A stretch of 64,000 bases of DNA from Lingula anatina. Its lineage: Eukaryota; Animalia; Brachiopoda. Within the stretch, counting starts at the first letter, position 1. The number at the start of each line of letters is the position of its first letter. Under the pieces are notes generated by a model. That model had not been told where the DNA came from. It did not search any database and saw only the letters and a program-made list of their open reading frames with translations. Made by a program: the position numbers and the translations under genes. Positions 54,195 to 64,000 of this stretch are shown here, piece by piece. The stretch covers positions 8,370,001 to 8,434,000 of the forward strand of contig CM120640.1 in NCBI GenBank assembly GCA_051362555.1, given 5' to 3'.

Positions 54195-55806
54195 TTAAAA
54201 CATGATAATTATTCACACTATAGGCAATGACTTAATCCACCATGACAAAGTGACACTGGTTATGTGAAAAAAAAATTATGTAAAATTTGACCATCTGTGC
54301 ATGTGCTTATAAAGCATGATGGCGTCATACATTGCATTAATAAAAGTTCACCTGAAATGCAAGTTCACTGACAGCATGATAGATAAAAACAACCATTGCA
54401 GTAGTAGTGAATGATAGCTGAAACAACAGACTTCTCTACCACAATCAAGCTACTGTGAAGATGCTTAGATCCTCTCACATAAACATAAACAAAGCCTCCC
54501 ATCTTCAAACATAGACCTGATGACATGGATGCCTTGCACACTGGTAATTGCTTTAATAGAGAACACAAACTGGCACTTACCTGAAGTTTCTGATGTAATA
54601 ATAAACACAAATGTTGACTGATATATTTAATAATAACTATAGCATTGGGATTGTCTTTACAGTAATCAGGCCCCCATGATAATAAAATAATGCATTTGTG
54701 CAGAAACATTGATATTCCATTTTCCTGATTGCAATTCACTTCTATTACATCACAGAGATACAATTTATCCATTTTGTGCCAGTACAAACAAAAGACATTA
54801 AAAATACATTTGAAGTAAGAATAAATGCCCTGTAACAAACTGAATATAAATTATTAGTTTCTTACACGACAAAAATAAAATCTACATGCCAAAAAATGAA
54901 CTAAATTTTATCTCTTGAGCAGCAGGGAAATGGAGTTAAACTGCACAATCTCCACATTCTGTTCTTAAATTTGACTTACTTTTCCCCCTGTAGTATTTAC
55001 ATAAGATACAGAAAGTACGCAGAAAATAATACAATAAATAAAGTTATGGAATTCTGAGGCATTTCTGTAAACTATTCTGATCGAAACACTATGGTGGCAT
55101 TTGGTTGAGTTTAGTGATAATATTTTGATATAAAAACTCATTTAATATGCATCTTTAAATTCCACAGTAGTCAGAAAGACCAGATAATCAGCGCTAGATA
55201 ATCAGTGTGGGATTATCAGTGCTACTGCAAACTTTAAATAAACAATTGAAACATCTTATAAGCCTTTTTAAGAAGTACAACAATATACTAGTAGCACTTT
55301 TTATGGTGGAATGTCATCATGAAGGGGAAAGGGCAAGCAGTATCAACCAAGGTAACATGATAGCCAGTAAATGTGACCCTGTATTATTCCAAGTGACATT
55401 TGGAAAAACATTGCAGTGTAATCCTCACAGGAACAAAGATGTTTCTTCAGGTAGGGTGTTAAATTACATACAGCACAACACCTTTTTAAAGTTAAGAATG
55501 CAGCGACTGATAGTTATAAAACCAAACCAAAAAAGGTGGGAAATAGGTTTTCCAATAAACTGCAGGTCCATATGGGGATGCATTTTTTCTGCTCTTTGGC
55601 GTTATTGAAAGTGCAAACCAAACCACACAGGAAAAGTTCACAAAATTGGAACCCAGCATTTATGTCAGAATTTGATGTTTTTCAGTCTCTGTACACTTTG
55701 TTAATCTCATCAATGGAATAGATAATTGCCTCCAATCTGTAATCTAAATCGAACAGAAGAAGACAACGCACCGAATACATGCAGTTTTCATTGAAATGGC
55801 ATTTAC

Positions 55807-55952
55807 CTCAAGGAAGTGCTCACTGGTGGAGGAAGATATACCCTGACAAGAACAACTCCAGGGGTCATAAAAAAATTACCACCATGCTGGAAATGACATA
55901 ATTGAATGTCAAGTGTCATTTCCGAACGGAATTTATTTGATATAAATGTCAT
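55807..55952 (-). CDS. PDE4 candidate alternative first coding exon
   Basis: MTFISNKFRSEMTLDIQLCHFQHGGNFFMTPGVVLVRVYLPPPVSTSL + AG|gtaaat, phase 2, with three in-frame ATGs. No homology recognised. Confidence 0.4.
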
Positions 55953-57531
55953 CTTTCACACCTGGGGTTTCAATTCTATGAACGACTGTATATTAAGCCA
56001 ACATTTTAAGCATGAAATTAACCTTTTTTATACACTCCATACATAAAAATATACATCATCATTAGAATGTAGCTTAATAAGAACTGCTCTAAAGTTTTCA
56101 TTTGTAGTAAACAAAGGCAAACTTTATGCAATGAGCATTTTCAGAAGTAATGGGGGTGAAAAAACTGCATATGTTTGATATGGAAACTGAATTTGTAACA
56201 TACAGAGTTAGTTAGATTAGAGAGAGATAAAAGCACTGTCAGTAAATTTAAAACTATTAATATTTCTGTGCTCCATTAAAAATTCATGAAATGGTTGCAT
56301 GTTCTCTTTTGGAGCACAAAGCTTTACAGCTAGGTTACTCAGGCTTTTAGCTCAAAAGCAATCATTCAACAACCATCTTGTGCCAGTGAATATGGTTGAT
56401 ACTCTACACCCTCCAAATACTAGCTGCTTTATTGAATAATTAATGAAAAGCATATCTACATCTATACATCAAGTGTATACATATGAAACATTTGGATCAA
56501 CCAACCCTTTCCACAGTAACTGAGTTCAGGATATTTTATTAAAACCACTCCTGTTGCCTAGCTAGCTTGGGAAGCAGGTAATATGAAGGTAAAACATGAC
56601 CAGATAGACAGACAGACACACTAGTTAACCATATCCCTTCCATTGTTCCATGGGAGGGGCTCTTCAACTAGTTTTCCTGCATGCTGCCTTCTGTAGTTTT
56701 TCAGGCTTAATCAACCATAACCTTACATCAACCTTCAAAAAACTTTAAATAACTTCGAACGTGCTGTGAGTCTGTGAAGACCGTTTTTTCAGAAAATTGA
56801 TAACTGATACAACAGTGGTTTTAACTGGCATAAGGTTTGTAAAAATTCATTTTCTAAAAATCTTTCAAGCACCTGTAAGTAGACAGTGGAGGGGAAGGGG
56901 GAGGGACAGACTGATGAGATGCATAAATGTTGGATTTTTTTTTCATGGGTAATTAACTGTTGTGACTTTTATTTATCCTTAAGATGTAACATGTAAACAC
57001 AAGATGCTCCTTATCTGCTATAAACCTTGTACATTTTGTACCAGCTGCTTGTTCCAGCTATGTGCATGCACAGGCTGAAGTAAGCACTGTATCTATTATC
57101 ATTATGGACATCAAAAAATCCTGAGTTCAGTAAAACACTTTATTAGAATACTTAGGATAAGGCAAGCAAGAACTTTCCAATTAGTGGATTTTCATTACTG
57201 CCACAATTGCATTATCATTATTGCACAAATGATATATTTGAAGGGATTGCATAAAACTTATCAAAGGCTTGCGTGGAAATAAGAAAACAATTGTCAGTTA
57301 CTGTACATGTAGGATAACATGTGGATGCATTAGTGTGTGTGTCAGAGCAAAATAAAATTTTGAGACAGCTTCAGTGACATTTCACAAGACACTGAACCAC
57401 TAGACTTTCATGATATCTGTAAATCAGATATTAATCTCAACAAATGTATAGTGTCATGTTTATAGTGATCTGGTGCATAAACAATATTGTAACAACAACA
57501 AATAAGACTGTCTGGTTCAATTTGTTTCAAG

Positions 57532-57534
<3 letters not shown>

Positions 57535-57581
<47 letters not shown>

Positions 57582-57583
57582 GA
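57535..57583. repeat. (GA)n followed by poly-G
   Basis: Direct reading. Confidence 0.95.
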
Positions 57584-59639
57584 GTGGACAGTGCTGATGT
57601 AAACTTTCACAAATCCAATCTTAGATAATTATTGTCTAAAGCCACAACTACCATAATTTCATTTCAATCAATGCTGATCAGTGAGCAATTATATAATAAT
57701 ATTAATAATCTTACATGAAAATGACAAATGTCCATTCTTATTAAAACAGTTAAATAATCTAGATTGATTCTACAGAATTCTGCAAATATTTTGCATTCAT
57801 ATTAAAAATCACATGCTTGATTAAATCACGGTTTGAAAGAATGTCCTCAGAGGTAGTCTTTCCAGCATTAAGCATTCAGGAAAAGGAAGTGCCATGCAAT
57901 CTAATTTGGAAAGAAAATTGCTGCCTAAAACCATAATTTCATTCAATCAGTGCATCTTTAAACTAATCATGCTAACGTAAGATGGCATAATTTATTGATC
58001 AGTGTGCCACTCCTATTTTGCTGGAAGTGCCAAGATGCCTTACTTCACAGTTAGAACTCACTGCTTCTTTTTCCTCATTTTCATGGCACATGGTCTTTTT
58101 TTCTCCAAGACCAGCAGTAGCCCCTGGAACAGATTTGTCTACTCACTGTACATTATCAGGCTCCCTGGGGAATTGTTCTAACTGTATATAGCATCAATAG
58201 AATTTCCCAGAATACAAAATAGAATGTTCAATCAAGGAGTTATAACTCCTTGGTTCAATTAATCAAGCCTTACGTATATATATATATGTGTACTGGGACT
58301 AACAGAAATGAGAGAGTTATGAGACAGATATATATATATCTCAGCGGTATTCAATTCAAATTAATGTTTTCATAAAATGTCTAAAATTGGCCATCATATT
58401 GTTGGACACATGGGGATTTCAAGCACTTTATTTTCTTTGCAGATATCTTAATTAAATATAACTTATATTCAACCTGTAATTATGGTCCTATAACTGGGCA
58501 AACATCACAAAGCATAAAATGCCCTTGGGATAAGTCGAAGATAAATATCAAAATGACTATCGTGCCATCAAATAAATTTTGCCAATTTATCCTTAATTGA
58601 CTACCATAAATGTGGAAATATTTATGTTGCCAGCTTGATTAAAAATTTGGCCAAAGGCTGAAAATATGCTCTGGTTGGGGTTTTTCTATCTTTGTAGTAT
58701 TTTCCTGCAAAATGTGGAATTATGTCAAATACCGTCTGCTAAAACGTAAGTGCCACTATACTGTACATGCACTATAATGTAGATATTTCCTACATATAAA
58801 TAGTATTAATAAAAATGGGAGAATTCCTTTTTATTTGTATGTAGCTACTGCTACTACTATAAAATTAATGATAATACCAATAATCATATTGATGTTGTAC
58901 TAGTACACTGAATAAACATTAAAAAAATATACATGTATATGGATGAATGTGGGTATTTCCATGTATTAGCTATGGCAGACATGTATAATACATACATGAA
59001 GGTATAAAAGAGGTATGCTGATTTCACAATGCCTGAATAACAATTAAGACAGGTCTGTTTTAGGATGATAACATAGCTCTGTGAAGATATTCACTGGCAG
59101 AGGCATGATTTTAGTATAGGGCAAGGACACAGGAATGGAAGGGCCAACTGTCAAAAACAGCAAATTCTGCATTTTGTCTATCAGCTTGTCAGCACAAATG
59201 CAATTTTCCCTTTCCCTAGATCCAACTTTTTTGCCTTATTTTTTTTCTTTATGAATTATAACTTCATTTCAACCTGTTTAAAGATCCAATTATTGGAGTA
59301 ACAATATTGCAATGACTATTGTGCCATTAAACATTTTCTGCCAAATGTGCAAATACATTTGTAGCAATTTTTAAAGTGCTTTATTAATTGTGAACTTTCT
59401 ATACAGAAAACATAAAAAATTTGATAACAGAATATGTTTTTACATAATGTGATAAATGCAGTGGGAATTCAATGCTTGTTGTAAATAATTAAGCTGTATG
59501 TAAGGCTTATCCTGATAGCACCTGTCAAGTGTAATCCCCATTACATTGACAAGATTATGTCCAGAGATACTCCTGAGCAAGGGATTTCTTCAACTTTTCT
59601 CACAGGTTATAAAATTTTTATACCTTCCACTCATGGTAA

Positions 59640-59676
59640 TGTGTGTGTGTGTGTGTGTGTGGGGGGGGGGGGGGGG
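59640..59676. repeat. (GT)n followed by poly-G
   Basis: Direct reading. Confidence 0.95.
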
Positions 59677-62643
59677 TCAATTAATGTATACACACAATTT
59701 TAGGTAAAATGATGGTTATGCATTCTCACAATTTCACCTGCTGGTCTATAATCTGTTTCATCTTCAGTATTTGTCAACTATGAGGCATTTCAGTCAAATA
59801 TTCATGGAAAAGAAATAGTTATTTCCTAGTGGTATTGGATCATTCTCATCATCAAATGAATAAAATGAGAGTAAATATTATACAAAATGGACACACTTTG
59901 ATCTGCACAATAGAATATGATATGCACCATTGATTCTAGCTAGTTCGCTGAAAATAAACATGCGATTCCCTGGTGTTCAATTTCCTTAGATAATAAATTT
60001 ACATTGAACAGTTTGCAGTCCATGAGTTCAATGTTCTACAATCTTTTTATGAGGTGTGCCTCACTGAAATCAGCCACAAGCAAAAGTGAAACAATATTTT
60101 GATAAAACAATGCAAAATATAGAACAGATACCACTGGGAAAGCTAAAGATATCATGCTCAGTTACACTAGCTATATCTGTTTTATTTTCTACATCTGCAA
60201 ATTGTGTTTTCATGTACACCAATAGACTGCCATAAATCATTCCTGTGTTTTTTCTATGAACACTGAAATCCTATTTTTGTCATTAACAGTAATAAAGTTA
60301 TTCTAGACAGCAAAGCTGACCAATAACCAGATTATCTGAAACTGGCAATCTCAAGAAACATTTAAGATGATCTTACTAAAAGCCGTAACCATTCAAAACT
60401 TGGGTATATCGATCTTTATCACAATGTATCTATCATAAGAACAAATCTGCTTTTCAAATGGGGATAACAATAATATAAAAACTAGAATGGGAATTTTAGA
60501 GAGTGCATATGAAAAACATCAAAATCAAAATGGAAAATGTATTAATAACCACAGGTAATATATATATACATATATATATAGCAATGGATTTGTTTTAAAA
60601 CCAAACATTGTTTATACATTTTATTTTCAGACTGTGTTTTGTTACTTATAACAGCTATTGAGGTGATTAAAAATATCATCAAAATCCCAAAAGCACTGCA
60701 ATAGAATATAATAAAAAAGTTAAAAGTAAATATCAAACAAACACAAAGTAGCTGTTATTTGCTTTTTACAGAAACAGAATTTTCCAGTTGGCGATCATAA
60801 CATTAATCATGCATTTGATTCTTTTGTCACTCGACCCACTGTCTTCAGTGTCACTGGCTGATGTGTGTGGGTTTGAACTATGAAGTGGATGAGAGACTTT
60901 GCCATTACGATCAACCTATGCTAAACTGATTGGCAATTGAAGATTAAAGTCACCATAGTAACCTGACTACATGTATTTTTTATGTAGAATCAATGGCAAC
61001 ATTTGTTGAAGTATTATATCTTTGTTGACTAAAACTAAACTTTGTTGAATGTGCATACGTCAAACAGATCTGATATCCTAAATCAGTGTTTACAAAAGTT
61101 CTGCCCATTGAACACACACTGACTAAATCGATAAAGTAAAGATATACCTTGTAACATTTGTAGTGAATTAATCACACAGATTGTATGCATTTCTTAATTA
61201 ATCCTTTGAAATAATATATAGGGTTTAAAGAACAGGAAATTTTGTGAAAACCAAATTTAAGACCCAGTTGGTGCATCCTTACATTACCATGAACAAAAGA
61301 AAGTTATACAAAACAATTATTCAAATATTTCAATGGACTGTAGACATATATTAACTTGGCTAGTAAACAGATGATTTTATTTTAAAAAAGATGTCAAACA
61401 AAAATAGTCTACTAGAGAAATAATGAAATAACACACAAAAAAACTTTAATTTACCACTAGTCAGGACAATCATTTTCATTTCTTCTCTCTAATGACTCCT
61501 CTCCCATTCTTCACTTAATTCTTTCCTTTTTTAGCACCTAAGTGACAAACAGCACATTAAGGTCTCCTAATTTCATTTTTCTTCTAACTTATTTGCTCAA
61601 ATCTGGAAGTAAACTAGCTGATTTAATTGGAATGTAAATATGGAAATGTCTGCAACTTTTTTGACCTTTATGGATACTAAATCAAGACATTGTAGCCAAC
61701 TCTACAAGTCAGTTTTAATTGACCATTAGGCAAGTGAAATCAAAGCACTACTCTTTAAATTGACCCCAGTTTATTCATGGCCCCTCTAACAAAATTCAAA
61801 GGCCACCTCCATCCCTTTCCTGCTGATACTTTTTCACTTTGGAGAAACCATAGTGATTCAATTTTTGCTAAGTGCCTTTACTCTAATGACATTTTGATTG
61901 AAGTTCCAATATTAAGATGTTTTATAGATGTGTCATCTGAATACTGTGAAAGATTTAAAAGTGATTTCCTGCTTTACCTGTGACAAATGATGCTACTCCG
62001 ATGAATAAATAAACCACAAAATTCATATTTTTCACTGTAGAAGCCAAAAATATAAATGTCATGAAAATAGGCTTTTAGCACTTAGTTCATCAGAAAGTGT
62101 TTATTTGTGAAGTCATAACTGGAATTAAATGCCAATTCAAAAACTCCACCAATCAAACTTCATGTCCTATCCATACTGTAAAAAGATCAGATTAAAAAAA
62201 AAACAAAAAACAAAACAAAGGAATCCTCTGAGAAAATCTCAGGTGAATTTTAGATCATGCCAAGTATCCAATTCCCAATCCCTGATAAGATATTGGTGGT
62301 AAACAGCTCCTATCCCCTTGATATTAAGTTCATGTAATTTCTGCAAGAAGTACTGGTAGGTGAAGATAAGGTTCTTGAGCACTAAGTTATCCATGATATG
62401 GGCACTTTTCAGCTGAAGATTGAATTCATGTCTCTTTGATTTCACCTCTGTTGTAAATATAAATAAGCAAACAAGTAAACAAAAGAATAAAATCTGGAAA
62501 TAATTATGATAAAAAAATAACAGAACAACCAACCATGTAACATGAAAGTACAAAGTAACTGCAAAAGAAATTAAGAAATTATTACTGTACGTCAGGCTAC
62601 CAGCCCTTCTGTGCACCTGTACATAGAATTAAAGACCTTCCCA

Positions 62644-62796
62644 CTGGGCTCTGTAACTCGAAATCATCGCGAATTGTGAATAGTGATATCACCTTTTATT
62701 TCGAGGCTATTATATGGGGCAAGTATGGGCGAGTTATAGAATCAAGACACTTGTGCTTGGTCGCAATGCGCAATGCTTTTGAGTTACGGGGCCCTG
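62644..62796. mobile_element. MITE family D
   Basis: TIRs gggctctgtaactcgaaa ... ttttgagttacggggccc. CpG-rich interior. Confidence 0.7.
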
Positions 62797-62822
62797 AACT
62801 CCCTCCCACCTATCACCCACAG

Positions 62823-62990
62823 CAGGGGCGGATTTAGGGTGTCTTCTGGGTCTTCCGGAAGACGGTCAGATTTTCAAGTTTACATTGGCGGGTATCTAAT
62901 TTTTTCTGTCGGAAGACGGTCAAAAATGAAGAACGGATCAACAAAGATAATTTGGAAGACTGTCAGGAAATATCTCTGGATCCGCCCCTG
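62823..62990 (+). mobile_element. MITE family C, intact copy
   Basis: TIRs caggggcggat ... atccgcccctg, with the 5-bp direct repeat CACAG on both flanks. CpG-rich. Confidence 0.85.
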
Positions 62991-63748
62991 CACAGGAATG
63001 CCACCTGATAAAAAGTAATCTATTTACAGTGAAATTTAACTGGACTATAGCACGTTAGTAAACATACCATAGTATACAAACTGGAAAATGATCTCACTCA
63101 GAAAGGCACACTTTAGTAACAATTTATAAAATAAAGCCAGATTTATACAATGAATGATGTTATATCTACATATAATGATCACTGAATGTGATATACATGG
63201 GTTCTCATAAATAATGTCTTGTTAGTGCTTGAAACAACAACCTGACAGCATCATAATCAAATTAAACAGCAATACTGGCAAATATACAGAAAGCAAATAA
63301 TAAAATAAATAAAATGACAATAATAAACATTGTAACAAATATTTACAAAAAATCAATAACTTTTAGTTTGATCAAGCTGATTTTCTCAATGCCAATCAGC
63401 ATATTTCCAGTATAACTGCAAAGCACATACATACACACAAAAAAAAATTGATCATGCTCAAAAGGAGTCTGCATTTTTAACAAGCAAATTAAAAAAAAAT
63501 TAAGTATAAGTAAAATGTTTTAGGATGACAACTTTCTACACAAGGTGCCTTCAGTTTGAACAGTAATATTTTCTACATCACGAAAAGTGCCTGCTACCCC
63601 AAGAGAGCCACAATAAAATTAAGTCAGCTTTACCATAAGGACTGGTGATCAACATGTAATATAGTGATTACAGAAGGAGATTTCACTTGAACAGAGAAGT
63701 ATTTTTTTTTTTCATTTTATTTCTTTCATTACTTGATAAGCATCTTAC

Positions 63749-63927
63749 AGGCCAAAATGTAGCATACAAGATGATTGGGCACACAAGAATTCCAAGAAAA
63801 GCAGCAACTCTAATTTATAGTGCAGAAAGTGAAGAAATGAGGGAAATTTTGTCTTAAAACCTATTTTCGTGGAACAGATAAAGTAAGGGAGCAAGTGTGC
63901 AATACTGGTGAAACCATTTAGATCCAT
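63749..63927 (-). CDS. Weak candidate alternative first exon (hydrophobic N-terminus)
   Basis: 59-codon ATG ORF MDLNGFTSIAHLLPYF...MLHFG ending CT|gtaaga, phase 2. Confidence 0.3.
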
Positions 63928-64000
63928 TTAGACACATGGCCTTTGGGAGCTGAGGTGAAAAAATAACCTTAAGTAACAGCTTTGTATACAATTCTTGTGC

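Noticed and set aside
54365-54838. Longest ORF in the window (157 aa)
   Set aside because: Non-ATG start, composition typical of random AT-rich DNA, no recognisable domain, and its internal donor is phase 0 in this frame.
1-64000. tRNA, rRNA, snRNA, transposase or reverse-transcriptase ORFs, prokaryotic operons
   Set aside because: None recognisable by eye. A covariance-model search (Rfam, tRNAscan-SE) would be needed to exclude small RNAs.

Overview
AT-rich, CpG-depleted animal genomic DNA, probably from an invertebrate (taxon not determinable from the sequence). It is almost entirely intronic. The window covers the 5' regulatory half of a cAMP-specific phosphodiesterase 4 (PDE4/dunce) gene on the minus strand. 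Two exons are clearly recognisable. One is the 183-nt UCR1 exon (21210-21392, FDVENG...[26 protein letters not shown]). The other is a PDE4D3/PDE4B4-type first exon (51558-51616, MLQVPEIHHFLPKRRHSWI|C). Around them lies an array of short ATG-initiated exons that end in phase-2 GT donors, both upstream of the UCR1 exon (long isoforms) and downstream of it (isoforms lacking the UCR1 PKA site). I found no HGDDLIVTPFAQ, UCR2 or catalytic exons, so they probably lie beyond position 1. Full and near-full CRE sites are frequent despite the CpG depletion. The introns also hold several MITE and Helentron-like repeat families and microsatellites. Most ORFs in the supplied track are chance ORFs. I found no prokaryotic system, CRISPR array or RNA gene.
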